The notes below the pieces were generated by a model. It did not search any database. It was not told the DNA's origin and saw nothing but the letters and a program-made list of their open reading frames with translations. Both the position numbers and the translations under genes were made by a program. Shown here piece after piece: positions 31,839 to 41,560 of a DNA stretch of 64,000 bases. Within the stretch, counting starts at the first letter, position 1, and each line of letters begins with the position of its first letter. This stretch comes from an uncultured Armatimonadia bacterium (GTDB taxonomy: Bacteria; Armatimonadota; Zipacnadia; CAVVLO01): NCBI GenBank assembly GCA_963749155.1, contig CAVVLO010000001.1, positions 32,001 through 96,000 on the forward strand, in the 5' to 3' direction.

Positions 31839-32597
31839 ATGGCAACCAAAGTGCTGCGGAAGATCATCGAGATAGATGAGGAGAAGTGTGACGGCTGCGG
31901 CCAGTGCGCTACGGCCTGCCATGAAGGCGCAATAGCAATAGTCGACGGCAAGGCCAAACTCGTCAGCGAGACTTACTGCGACGGGCTTGGCGCTTGTATC
32001 GGCGACTGCCCGCAGGACGCCCTCCATGTGGTTGAGCGCGAAGTAGCTGCCTTCGATGAGGAGGCTGTAAAGGTGCATCTGGCCAGCCAGGCAAAGCCAG
32101 TCGCTCATATCCATGCCGGAGGCGGTTGCCCAGGCAGCGCGCTGCGACAGCTCAAGGAGGCTGGTTGCGGCTGCGAAGCGGAAGCTGTAAGCGCTGGCCC
32201 GGTCGTATCCGAACTGGTCAACTGGCCGGTGCAACTCAACCTGGTGCCAATCACAGCGCCTTACCTGGCTGGCGCTGATTTACTGCTGGCGGCGGACTGC
32301 ACGCCTTTCGCTGTGCCGGATTTCCACAGTCGCTATATGAAGGGCAAGGTCGTGTTGGTCGGTTGTCCCAAGCTGGACGACGCCGAACACTATCTGCAGA
32401 AGCTCACAGCGTTGCTCGAGGCCAACAAGCCGGTCTCGCTGCAGGTTGTCTATATGGAAGTGCCCTGCTGTGGGTCGCTTGCGAGACTGGCTGAGCAAGC
32501 GGTTAAGGCCGCTGGCGTTCCACTGACTTTGAAGCTGACCCGCGTCGGTATCGACGGCGGAGTTTTGTCCGAGCAAATAACCGAATTCGGCGCTTGA
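31839..32597 (+). CDS. 4Fe-4S dicluster iron-sulfur protein
   Basis: CDGCGQCATAC and CDGLGACIGDCP, GGCPGS, NWPVQL, LAADC, GCPKLD, MEVPCC. Confidence 0.88.
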   Translation: MATKVLRKIIEIDEEKCDGCGQCATACHEGAIAIVDGKAKLVSETYCDGLGACIGDCPQDALHVVEREVAAFDEEAVKVHLASQAKPVAHIHAGGGCPGSALRQLKEAGCGCEAEAVSAGPVVSELVNWPVQLNLVPITAPYLAGADLLLAADCTPFAVPDFHSRYMKGKVVLVGCPKLDDAEHYLQKLTALLEANKPVSLQVVYMEVPCCGSLARLAEQAVKAAGVPLTLKLTRVGIDGGVLSEQITEFGA

Positions 32598-32620
32598 AAG
32601 CGCTTTGGGAGGAGATCGTG

Positions 32621-32968
32621 ATGGGTTGCGATTGTGGTTGCAATAAGCAGGAGGACTTGCGCGGCAAGTCGCTTGAATTAGCCGACCTGGTGCAGGTACA
32701 GGAAGGGGCAGTGGTGAGTCGTCAGCTCATCGCAAAGCCAGTGGGCACTGTAACACTGTTCGCTTTTGCTGGCGGAGAGGGCCTGTCCGAGCATAGCGCC
32801 CCCTATGATGCGCTAGTGCAGGTGCTGGAGGGGAAACTGGTCATCAAACTGGCTGGTGTACCTCATGAAGTCGAAGCAGGTCAGGCGCTAATAATGCCAG
32901 CTGATGTGCCTCATGCGCTGGATGCCCCAGGCGATGCCAAAATGATGCTCGTGATGATTCGCGAGTAG
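32621..32968 (+). CDS. Cupin domain protein
   Basis: VTLFAFAGGEGLSEHSAP and MPADVPHAL cupin motifs. Confidence 0.88.
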   Translation: MGCDCGCNKQEDLRGKSLELADLVQVQEGAVVSRQLIAKPVGTVTLFAFAGGEGLSEHSAPYDALVQVLEGKLVIKLAGVPHEVEAGQALIMPADVPHALDAPGDAKMMLVMIRE

Positions 32969-32983
32969 TAACGAAGGTTGAGG

Positions 32984-33019
32984 GAGGGCGCAGGCCACCT
33001 GGCTTGCGCCCTCTTCTTG
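32984..33019 (+). terminator. Probable intrinsic terminator between convergent genes
   Basis: GAGGGCGCAGGCCA/TGGCTTGCGCCCTC stem followed by TTCTTG. Confidence 0.6.
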
Positions 33020-34108
33020 TCAGCAACAGGCGCGGCCGAAATCGCGCACCGCCTGGGCGATGGCCGCATAACTGTCGCGCCAGCGCGTCATAGGCGGGTT
33101 CTCGGAGATCTGGATTTGCAACCTGCCCTGGCGGCCGTTTTGCTGCATCAGCTCCATCGCGACCCGGTAGACATCGGCGGGCGGCGCCAGATGGATAGAC
33201 GAGGGGAAGTTAACCAGCAGGGCCATCTCCGGCCACTGCTCCCTGGCCTGGGCAACGCTGGTATCGTTGTCTGGCTGGGGCGAGAAGCTGTCCAGCCCCG
33301 TCACTGCGGACTCTGCGATAGCGCTCCAGAGCGGCGCCAGGTCGCCGTCCATATGCACGAAGACCTGAGTTGCCACTCCGGCGTCGGCCAGGAGGCCCTT
33401 GAACTCTTCATAAGCGGGCAGGCAGAAGCGCCTGAAGTAGTGCTCGCCGATCATCGAGGCTGTAATGTTGTCGCCAAGTGAGATATACGGCACTGGCGCC
33501 TGCTTGCAGGCTTCAGCGGCCACCTTGAAGTATTTGGTCTGGTTAGCCTCCAGGGTTGCGAAGACCTCTTCCATCAGCTCCGGCTCATCCGCGACGTGAT
33601 ATGCGAGGTCCGTGGCGTCTACCCATTCTACCCAGAGGGCTTGCCAGACCGTGCGGATGCCCCAGGTGTGCGGAAGGCCGTTCTCTCCGACACTGGCGTC
33701 AGCCTCGAGATAACTTTCAGGATTTGGGCGGAAGCGCTGGTCGCGTAGATAGGCGAGCAGCGGGCGATAATCTTCCGGATCAACCACATAATGCTTCGCG
33801 GCGACCATTACGCCGAGGTCTCGCTGCAGCCGGTATTCGGCGTTAAGGGTGCCCTCAGGGGTAATCAGCCTCGCATAATAATAGGGCTGGCCCTCTCGCT
33901 GGCTCTCTTCCCACTCGTATCGGCAGTTAGGTGTCTCAATCGCATGGATTGAAGCCCCCGGCATCGCTCCGAAACAGTCCTTGCCGACAACTTCCCAGGC
34001 ATCCTCCATCGAGGGGCCGACGCCCACATACTGACAAAAGGGCACCTGATCGTGCTCCCGGCCTTCCACAACCGCAAGCTGGCGCTCTCTCATCGTCATC
34101 TGGCTCAT
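33020..34108 (-). CDS. Uroporphyrinogen decarboxylase family protein
   Basis: MTMRERQLAVVEGREHDQVPF, GDNIT, FRRFCLPAY, FVHMDG, DSFSPQPDND. RBS GGAGG. Confidence 0.8.
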   Translation of the reverse strand: MSQMTMRERQLAVVEGREHDQVPFCQYVGVGPSMEDAWEVVGKDCFGAMPGASIHAIETPNCRYEWEESQREGQPYYYARLITPEGTLNAEYRLQRDLGVMVAAKHYVVDPEDYRPLLAYLRDQRFRPNPESYLEADASVGENGLPHTWGIRTVWQALWVEWVDATDLAYHVADEPELMEEVFATLEANQTKYFKVAAEACKQAPVPYISLGDNITASMIGEHYFRRFCLPAYEEFKGLLADAGVATQVFVHMDGDLAPLWSAIAESAVTGLDSFSPQPDNDTSVAQAREQWPEMALLVNFPSSIHLAPPADVYRVAMELMQQNGRQGRLQIQISENPPMTRWRDSYAAIAQAVRDFGRACC

Positions 34109-34112
34109 CCAG

Positions 34113-37100
34113 TCAGCCTCCAGGAACGTAGGTGTCCCACAACTTGAAATTGCGCAATACTCCATAGAAAGCGAATTGCGGATCTTTGGCGGCATACTGA
34201 CCTATCACCAGTGGCCTTGTCGCGGGCACATCAGCCAGTGGGCCATCGGCCTGCGGGTAAAGCTGTCCGTTCACGACCAGTGTGAAGTTATGGCCATTAT
34301 AGCCAAACTTGACGTGGTACCAGACGCCTGGCTGGATAGTCGGGCCCTGGGCATCTCCCTTGGCGGCGCGCACAATCAACTGGCCACCGAGAATCTGCAC
34401 GAACCAGCCATCCGCGAGCCATACGCCGTGCGAGAGGAGCACAGGCATACCTGAGGTTGTCTCAGTGCGAAACTCGAATTCCAGACTGAAGCCCTTGCCC
34501 AGGTTGTAGCCTGGGCTGTGAGCAAGCTCCAGCCAGCCGCCGGAGAACTGCGCTCCCTCGGGCGTGAAGGTGACTCCAGGATGCAGGTCGGCCCCCGCCG
34601 GCAGCGCGGTAAGGGGGAAGTCAAGCACAGGCGCGCTTTCTGGCCTGGCCTCCAGTTGGACAGTCACCTGTGCCTGGGAGCCCCGCTGACCGCTGATAGC
34701 AACCGGTACAACATAATAAGTCCAGTTACCAGCGCCAGGCTCATCGTAAAAGCGATGAGTGCTTTCGGGCGAGGCCAGCACGGTAGTAAGCGGGCTGGGC
34801 GCCTGGGCCTCGGCTGGATGGCCGCCCCTGCTGATTTGATAGTAGTCGGTACCTGGCCCTGCAGCGTCCCAGGAAAGGATAACCCCCCAGGCCAGCCGTT
34901 CTACCTGCAGGCCTTTCACTTCGGGCAGGGCTGATGCTGACACCTCGGCACTTACAGAAGCGCTCTCGGTGAGTACCTCTCCACCCCTTATAGCTAGTAC
35001 CTGCCAGGTGTGCTGGCCAGGCAGGGGTTGGTCGGGGAAGAGAAGCGCGGGCGTCTCAACCAGCACCTGACCATCGCGCAGCAGGCGATAGAACTCGGCC
35101 CCCGCGACGGCGTCCCAGCTCAGCACGGTGCGGCCTTCGGCTTCCTCTTCCGCCTGGAGAGTTGGCGTGGTTGCGGCCAACATGGGCCTTACAGGCAGGG
35201 GCAGTGTCTCGACGCGGAACTTCGGCATCACCGTGACCGCAGTCGGGCCCCAGGCAAAGCCAGCCTTGGCATCAGGCGAGAAGGAGAAAGCCACCTCGAA
35301 GCCTGGCTGGGTGACCTGAGCGCGGTCCAGTGCAAAGGAGTAGACCCAGCCCGAGACAGGCTTCAACTCGAAACTCTCCCAGTCGGTTGCTCCGAGCTGG
35401 CGAACATGCGCCCAGACCGGCTGGCCCCCGAGGGAGAGCACTTCCACATCATAAGGTTTGGCGACCGAGGTGGAGGTCAGCAACCGGGGCACCCCAATCT
35501 GGGCCGCCGGTTGCCACAGAGGCACGTCGAGCCTCTCGCCGGACAGCGCCTCGGCTTGCTCGACCAGCGTCTGCCAGGCTGGCACGGCTTTGGTCAGGAT
35601 GGTCGCAAGCACGCCGTATTCGCCGCGTGTGGTGACGCGCTGGGCGTAAGTCTGGACAGCTTTGGCGAGATTGCCAGCCTCCAGCTTCGAAAGCGCCTCT
35701 GCGGCCAGGAGCTTCGCCTGGTCTGGCTGTGCGGCGCGCGCCTGGGCAAGCAAGCGTTCAGCCTCGGTTGCGGCAGACCCGGCGCTCTGGTAAGCCAGCA
35801 CCCAGTCCATACGGTTTAACAGCCACTGAAGCCGGGGCTTGTAGCGACCAGCCTCCGGAAGCAGTCTGGCGGTCTCGTCGCGCAGAGCGGCAAGCTGGGT
35901 GGTCTTCTCCAGGCTACCTGGACCCCACGAGAAAGGAGCACATTCGTTCTGGCCGCCCCCTCCTACCCAGCGATATCCAAGCGAATCCAGCGCGGACTCT
36001 ATCCGGGCAAGCTCCGGGCCAAGTTCAGTGCCGTAGTTGCGCCTGGCGTAGTCGTCGAAGAAGCTCTCGGCGGTCAGAGAGGGATCCCAGGCGTATTCGA
36101 CGAGGTAAGCAAGATTCTCTTCGATGTCGCGGGTGCGCCAGTGGATGCCCAGGATGCCCTGACTGCCGCCCTCGTGGGCGTATTTCACCATTGGCTCATA
36201 AGTATGGACATAAGGCTGGGGGTGCCACTGGTCGCCATCGTTTTCCAGCCATGGGATAGGCCACCGCTCGCGGTCTCGGGGCAGCTCGGTGTAGATACGG
36301 TCTACGCGCCCAAGCGGGCCGATATTATCGAGAGAAGAAAACACCACGTCCTGGGGAAGGAGCTTGTCCAGGCCTTCGTAATATTCGGCTGATAAAATCC
36401 GCTCATCTCCACCCCAGCCCGAGATGACAAGAGTTGGGGCGCCTTCACGTTGCTTGAATACCGAAAGCGCAAGCTCGCTGAAAAGCGCCAGCCGCGCGCC
36501 TTCATTGGCTCGGGCGCGCTTGCCTGCTTCGTTGTCCTGATAGAAAGGCGGGATACCCTTGCTGCGGTTTACTATGCGGTCGAACATCTTGCGCCAGTAA
36601 TCGCCATATTCGGGCAGTCGAGAGCCTGATTTCAAACCCGTAGGCAGGATGTGCAGGTTGTACTGACTCGCAAAACCTTGCGCGCCTTGAGTTTCCGACT
36701 GCCACAGCCATATGTAGTCGAGACCGGGATACTGGTCCAGCAGCCGATTCAGCCGCTTTAGAAAGACCTCCCGGTATTGGGGATTCAAGGGATCGCCGGA
36801 CAATTCGAAGCCCAGGCAAGTCTTGAGGCCTCGCTGCCGGGCATAGGCCAGAGCATCGCGCATCAGGTTCTGTTCGAGCTGGATACGCGCACCGGCATCG
36901 TCCGAGGCCAGTGTCGAGGCCGCGCCAAAATAAGGCTGGGAGAAGACCTGCCAGAGGCCAAAGGGGAACTCGCTGGTGGGAGTTGGCTTGGTACCCCACA
37001 GGTTGGCGGAGGTGTTGAGCAGCGGCGCGCCCCACTGCCAGGCGCCGCTATCGTGATAGCCCGCAAAAGGTTCTGCATCGTAGGTATGGAAGCCGAGGAA

Positions 37101-37685
37101 GTTGGCGCCCATGCGTATGAGCTGATCCGCGACAGCGCGGTGGTCGATTGGATCCCAGGTAGTCGGGCTGTTGAGGAAGTTGTACCAGGGCAGCACTCCC
37201 CTGATACGGAAGACAGGCTCCTTCACCAGCGAATCAGTCGGAAGGCGCTCAGGAAGCTTCTCGGGAATCGCTTCGCTGCCGAAGTAGAAGCCGAAGCCGA
37301 GTTGCCTAAGCAGGCCGTAGAGGGCGTTGGTTGCGCCCTCGGCGCTCTGGCCAGCGGCAAGCACCACTTCCACGGTTTCCAGATGACTGTTAATCAGCCA
37401 ATAGCCCTGCTCGCTGACTTCGCCTGCCATCGGGAGGTTCTGGGCGAGCAACTCATTACCCTCGGGGGTACCCAGAATCACTGCCGGGCGCGGGGCGGCG
37501 CGCCATTCTGCGGGAGAGAGCAGGCTTGGGACAGTGCCTGTCACCTGAGTGAAATAGCGCATCAGGTCTGTGGTAGCGAGCCGTTCGGAGGGGGACTGTT
37601 TACCCACGACCAGCGTTTGCCAGGGCGAGGCGGCAGCCAGGCAGGCCACTGCGCCGATAATCACCAGAAGCGCGAACACTTTCAT
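34113..37685 (-). CDS. Large secreted glycoside hydrolase-like protein (GH67-like N-domain, catalytic barrel, FN3-like repeats, C-terminal LamG)
   Basis: Signal MKVFALLVII at 37685; the ORF-track extension to 37838 lies in a repeat. Motifs RGVLPWYNF, WPIPWLEND, GILGIHWRTR. C-terminal LamG-like WYHV...LVVNG...LVIG. Confidence 0.7.
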   Translation of the reverse strand: MKVFALLVIIGAVACLAAASPWQTLVVGKQSPSERLATTDLMRYFTQVTGTVPSLLSPAEWRAAPRPAVILGTPEGNELLAQNLPMAGEVSEQGYWLINSHLETVEVVLAAGQSAEGATNALYGLLRQLGFGFYFGSEAIPEKLPERLPTDSLVKEPVFRIRGVLPWYNFLNSPTTWDPIDHRAVADQLIRMGANFLGFHTYDAEPFAGYHDSGAWQWGAPLLNTSANLWGTKPTPTSEFPFGLWQVFSQPYFGAASTLASDDAGARIQLEQNLMRDALAYARQRGLKTCLGFELSGDPLNPQYREVFLKRLNRLLDQYPGLDYIWLWQSETQGAQGFASQYNLHILPTGLKSGSRLPEYGDYWRKMFDRIVNRSKGIPPFYQDNEAGKRARANEGARLALFSELALSVFKQREGAPTLVISGWGGDERILSAEYYEGLDKLLPQDVVFSSLDNIGPLGRVDRIYTELPRDRERWPIPWLENDGDQWHPQPYVHTYEPMVKYAHEGGSQGILGIHWRTRDIEENLAYLVEYAWDPSLTAESFFDDYARRNYGTELGPELARIESALDSLGYRWVGGGGQNECAPFSWGPGSLEKTTQLAALRDETARLLPEAGRYKPRLQWLLNRMDWVLAYQSAGSAATEAERLLAQARAAQPDQAKLLAAEALSKLEAGNLAKAVQTYAQRVTTRGEYGVLATILTKAVPAWQTLVEQAEALSGERLDVPLWQPAAQIGVPRLLTSTSVAKPYDVEVLSLGGQPVWAHVRQLGATDWESFELKPVSGWVYSFALDRAQVTQPGFEVAFSFSPDAKAGFAWGPTAVTVMPKFRVETLPLPVRPMLAATTPTLQAEEEAEGRTVLSWDAVAGAEFYRLLRDGQVLVETPALLFPDQPLPGQHTWQVLAIRGGEVLTESASVSAEVSASALPEVKGLQVERLAWGVILSWDAAGPGTDYYQISRGGHPAEAQAPSPLTTVLASPESTHRFYDEPGAGNWTYYVVPVAISGQRGSQAQVTVQLEARPESAPVLDFPLTALPAGADLHPGVTFTPEGAQFSGGWLELAHSPGYNLGKGFSLEFEFRTETTSGMPVLLSHGVWLADGWFVQILGGQLIVRAAKGDAQGPTIQPGVWYHVKFGYNGHNFTLVVNGQLYPQADGPLADVPATRPLVIGQYAAKDPQFAFYGVLRNFKLWDTYVPGG

Positions 37686-37723
37686 TTGCCCCTTCCCCAA
37701 ACCAGTGGTTACTCCAAAAACTA

Positions 37724-37941
37724 GTGGGGGTGTGGGGGCGATGCCCCCACGCCTTTCCGCCCTTGCTTTTGCTTTTGATTTACGCCTCAACCAGGCGGGC
37801 GGCAGCCCGCCTGCTTTTGCTTTTGACTTATGTCTCAAACCGGCGGGCGTAAGCCCGCCCTTGCCTTTGGACTTTTTGCTTTTGACTTACGTCTCAACCA
37901 GGCGGACGACAGCCCGCCCTGCTTTTGACTTTCTGTCAAAA
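37724..37941. repeat. Intergenic array of three ~42-nt hairpin-bearing repeats plus a partial fourth and flanking hairpins (REP/BIME-like)
   Basis: Units GCTTTTGAYTTAYGYCTCAAMCMGGCGGRCG-n-GCCCGCC start at 37771, 37819 and 37878, with a partial unit at 37921. Extra hairpins GTGGGGGC-GAT-GCCCCCAC (37732-37750) and TTTTGAC-TTTCT-GTCAAAA (37923-37941). Confidence 0.85.
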
Positions 37942-37943
37942 TA

Positions 37944-39947
37944 TCAATCATCCAGAGCCAGCCAGCGCAGCTCTGCAGGGGTAAGTTCCAGATTGGCCGC
38001 ATCGACTGAGATGGCAAGTTCTTCCAAGGTATGTGGCCCGATCAGGGCATAGGTTGGGAAGGGCTGGTTCAGCACCCAGGCCAGGGCTAGCTGGATGGGT
38101 TCTACGCCCTTGGTCCTGGCCAGTTCTTTGGCCCTTTCGAGGCGCAGGAAGTTGTCTTTGCTGTACCAACTGCGCACCAGGTCGGTGTTGGAAGTATCGT
38201 CTGGATTGCCATATACAAAGAAGCCGCGCGAGGTACTCGACCAGCTCATTACGGGGAGCTGGCGCTGCTCGAGCCAGGCGCGCGAGGCGGTGTCCGAAAC
38301 GTGCAGGCAGCCGCCCCAGACCGGATCGGTCATATGCGCGAGGGCCAGGTTGTTGCTGACCGCCACTGGCCCGTTGAGGCCGTGGTTATGAGCGTAGTTG
38401 GTGGCTTCTTCGATGCGCTCGAGCGTCCAGTTGGAGAAGCCGAACACCTTGATGCGCCCGGCCTTCTGGTGCTGGTTTAGCACGTCGATGAACTCGCCTA
38501 CTGGCACGTCCAGGTTGTCCCGGTGCATCATATAGATATCCACATAATCAGTTTGCATCTGTTCGAGCGTGGTGAAAAGCTCGGCGGTCAAGGACTCGGG
38601 GAAGCAGTTGGGAGTATGGGCGCCCTTGGCCAGCACTACGACCTCTTCCCTGATGCCGCGGTTCTTGATCCACTGGCCCAAAATCGCGTCAGCAGGCCCG
38701 TAAACGCGCGCGGTGTCGAAGCAGTTGCCGCCCAGGCGGAAGTACTCATCGAACATCACCGAGGCGAAGGGCAGGCTGAAGGTGGCCCCGCCCAGCATCA
38801 CTCCCATCACAAGGCGCGAGACAGGTTTCTCGAGCCCAGGCAGGCGATCACAAGGTATAGGAGCGTCGTCGCATTTGGCCAGTGGGCGATGGTCCACAGT
38901 GGGGAAGTCGGCCCAGGGACGCTCGACGTCATAGTAGAAGTCCATCCCAAGCCGCCAGCGGTCGAGGGTCTGCATATTGCCCAGCGTGTCGCCCCAGCTC
39001 ATAGCGGGTGAGGGCGCCTGTCCGGCCCCAATATTGGCGGTCACAGTGTCGGCTTCGATACTGTAGATGCCCTGGGCAACTTCAATCTCGACGACCGTCT
39101 CCGGCTCTCCATATCTCTGGACAATCAGCTTCACAGTGCCAGGTTCGCGCCCGTTGCAGAACCAGGGCGAGGGCACGGTGATGCGTCCCTGACTGCCGAA
39201 GATGCGTACCTGGTTCTCATGACCGAGCCTTACACCTGTCTGCACATAGGCGAGTATGTCCTTCTCGAAACGCAAGAGAGCGGTGGTCCATTCGTCCACG
39301 CGGGATTCCTCTCCCAGGTGGCCAATCGCTTTGACCTCAATTGGATCGGCCCAGTCGCGGCCCAAGGCGGCGCCGGCAATGAGGCGCGCCATCGAGGTGC
39401 AATAGCAGCCCACATCCAGGATGCCTCCCCCGCCCAGCGCCTGGTTGAGCAGCCTGCCTCCCAGGTTGTAACCGGCATCGAAGCTGAAACTGGCCTCTAT
39501 CAGTCGCACCTCGCCGATTACGCCCTCCCGAATTAGCTCGACCAATTTGGCGGTCTGCGGATTGCAGCGATACATAAAGGCTTCCATCAGGAAGACGCCT
39601 GCTTTGCGAGCGGCGTCTACGACGGCCATAGCTTCGGGATAATCCAGGGTAAGGGGCTTCTCGCACAGGATATGCTTGCCCGCTTCGGCAGTCTTGATAG
39701 CCCACTGGGCGTGCATTGGGTGGGGCGTGGAGATATATACGGCCTGGACTTCGGGATCGGCCAGCATGGCCTCATAACTACCGAAGCGCCTGGGCGCTCC
39801 GAACTCTTCGCCGAACTGGTCGGCTTTCTCCTGGCTGCGACTGGCGATGGCCAGCAGCTCTCCTGTAGTGCTGCCCTTGAGACCAAGCGCAAAGGCTTTG
39901 GCGATGTTGCCCGTACCGATGATGCCCCACTGTAACTTGCTGCTCAT
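37944..39947 (-). CDS. Fused Gfo/Idh/MocA oxidoreductase and aldo/keto reductase
   Basis: N-half WGIIGTGNIA, HILCEKP, GGGILDVGCY. C-half FDTARVYG, AKGAH, DIYMMHRD, QLALAWVL. Confidence 0.9.
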   Translation of the reverse strand: MSSKLQWGIIGTGNIAKAFALGLKGSTTGELLAIASRSQEKADQFGEEFGAPRRFGSYEAMLADPEVQAVYISTPHPMHAQWAIKTAEAGKHILCEKPLTLDYPEAMAVVDAARKAGVFLMEAFMYRCNPQTAKLVELIREGVIGEVRLIEASFSFDAGYNLGGRLLNQALGGGGILDVGCYCTSMARLIAGAALGRDWADPIEVKAIGHLGEESRVDEWTTALLRFEKDILAYVQTGVRLGHENQVRIFGSQGRITVPSPWFCNGREPGTVKLIVQRYGEPETVVEIEVAQGIYSIEADTVTANIGAGQAPSPAMSWGDTLGNMQTLDRWRLGMDFYYDVERPWADFPTVDHRPLAKCDDAPIPCDRLPGLEKPVSRLVMGVMLGGATFSLPFASVMFDEYFRLGGNCFDTARVYGPADAILGQWIKNRGIREEVVVLAKGAHTPNCFPESLTAELFTTLEQMQTDYVDIYMMHRDNLDVPVGEFIDVLNQHQKAGRIKVFGFSNWTLERIEEATNYAHNHGLNGPVAVSNNLALAHMTDPVWGGCLHVSDTASRAWLEQRQLPVMSWSSTSRGFFVYGNPDDTSNTDLVRSWYSKDNFLRLERAKELARTKGVEPIQLALAWVLNQPFPTYALIGPHTLEELAISVDAANLELTPAELRWLALDD

Positions 39948-40049
39948 CTGGTTTCTCCCTGAGATTATGGTAAGGCCTGGTTGTTGCCAAGCCTCCTAGA
40001 ATAGCACGCGCCTGGGAGAAATCCTGCCTTTCGAAGCTAACCGGTAAGA

Positions 40050-40103
40050 ATAACGCAAACCTAACATCCGCTTAATCACCAGACAATCTGGTCCCTGTAA
40101 CCT
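40050..40103 (+). promoter_or_regulatory. Pho-box-like 11-bp-period direct repeats and candidate -10 upstream of alkaline phosphatase
   Basis: ATAACG (40050), CTAACA (40061), TTAATC (40072), ACAATC (40083). TAACCT at 40098. Confidence 0.6.
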
Positions 40104-40165
40104 CCAAATCAGGTGGACGCCTTCGGCCGAGCTCCACCAAATCAGATTCTGGAGGGTTTACCGCA

Positions 40166-41530
40166 ATGCGCAGCCCGAAACTTGTGTCACTTCTGATTTC
40201 AGGAGTACTCGCGGCAGGCAGCCTTATTTCGGCAGTCCAGGCCGCGCCAACCGTAGATTGTTTTCGTCCAGACCGTGATCGTGGCGGTGTCCGCAACATC
40301 ATCGTGATGATTAGCGATGGGTGCGGTTACGGCCAGATCGAAGCCACCGACTACTACCAGTATGGTCGTCTCGGACGCCAGGTCTACGAACGTTTCCCCG
40401 TCAAGCTCGGCATGAGCACCTATTCCTACTACGGCTCCTATGATCCTATTGCCGCCTGGAGCGACTTCAACTGGGTCAAGAGTGGCGCCACCGATTCCGC
40501 CTCGGCCGCAACCGCGATGTCGACTGGCATGAAGACTTATGACGCTGCCATCGGCGTAGACATCAACCGTCAGCCTCTCGTCCACCTTATGCAGCAAGCC
40601 GAGGCACTTGGCAAGCGCACCGGTGTCGTCTCGAGCGTACCTTTCTCGCATGCCACCCCGGCTGGCTATGTCGCCCACAATACCAGCCGCAACGATTACA
40701 AAGGTATCGCTAACGAGATGCTTCGTGTCAGCGCGACGGACGTCATCCTCAGCGCCGGGCATCCCTTCTTCGACGACAGCCACAACGTGCTGCCGATGCC
40801 CAAATTCGGCTATATCGGCGAGGCGGATTTTGATTATGTCGCCTCTGGACAGCCTTGTGCAGATGCTGATGGCAACGGTACCCCCGACCCCTGGACCTTC
40901 GTGGACAGCCAGGCGGAGTTCCGCTCGCTGCTCCTGGACCGTCGTGTGCCTGAGCGAGTTTTCGGACTTGCCGAATGTGGCAGCACCTTGCAGCAGAGCC
41001 GTGCCGGCGATGGCCAGGCCGCTCCCTTTACCGTGCCTTTCAATAAGGGTGTGCCCAACCTGTCCGAGCTGTCAGTTGGCGCTCTGCGCGTACTCGACCA
41101 GGGTCGTAAAGGCTTCGTGCTGATGATCGAGGGAGGCGCCGTTGACTGGGCCGGCCACGCCAATCAGCTTGGGCGCACCATCGAGGAAGAAATCGACTTC
41201 AATCAGGCTGTCGAGGCTGTCTGCGCCTGGGTTCAGAAGAACAGCAACTGGGGCGAGACCCTTCTGGTCGTCACTGGCGACCACGAGTGTGGCTACCTGA
41301 CTGGGGCTGGCTCCAACCCACTGTGGCAGCCAATTGTAAACAACGGCAAAGGCCAGTTGCCTGGCGCCGCCTTCTACAGTGGCAGCCACACAAATGCCCT
41401 TATCCCCTTCTTCGCAATGGGCAAAGGGCACCAACTGTTCAGGTTCGAAGCGGACCAGGTAGATCCCGTCCGCGGTGCTTACCTGGACAATACCGAGCTG
41501 GCGAAGGTCTGCTTCGACGTGCTCGACTAG
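40166..41530 (+). CDS. phoA: Alkaline phosphatase, secreted
   Basis: NIIVMISDG, TDSASAATA (catalytic Ser), HATPA, IEGGAVDWAGHAN, VTGDHECG. Signal peptide present. Confidence 0.92.
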   Translation: MRSPKLVSLLISGVLAAGSLISAVQAAPTVDCFRPDRDRGGVRNIIVMISDGCGYGQIEATDYYQYGRLGRQVYERFPVKLGMSTYSYYGSYDPIAAWSDFNWVKSGATDSASAATAMSTGMKTYDAAIGVDINRQPLVHLMQQAEALGKRTGVVSSVPFSHATPAGYVAHNTSRNDYKGIANEMLRVSATDVILSAGHPFFDDSHNVLPMPKFGYIGEADFDYVASGQPCADADGNGTPDPWTFVDSQAEFRSLLLDRRVPERVFGLAECGSTLQQSRAGDGQAAPFTVPFNKGVPNLSELSVGALRVLDQGRKGFVLMIEGGAVDWAGHANQLGRTIEEEIDFNQAVEAVCAWVQKNSNWGETLLVVTGDHECGYLTGAGSNPLWQPIVNNGKGQLPGAAFYSGSHTNALIPFFAMGKGHQLFRFEADQVDPVRGAYLDNTELAKVCFDVLD

Positions 41531-41560
41531 ATAGATGACAGCAGTATAAGGGTGAAGCCT

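Noticed and set aside
37686..37838. N-terminal extension (KSKAKAGG...) of the 1241-aa ORF
   Set aside because: It is a translation of the repeat array. The signal peptide begins at ATG 37685.
37771..37941. CRISPR array
   Set aside because: Only three full units, linkers of 0-17 nt made of GCTTTT-like sequence rather than unique 25-45 nt spacers, variable hairpin loops, and no cas genes. Kept as a non-CRISPR repeat.
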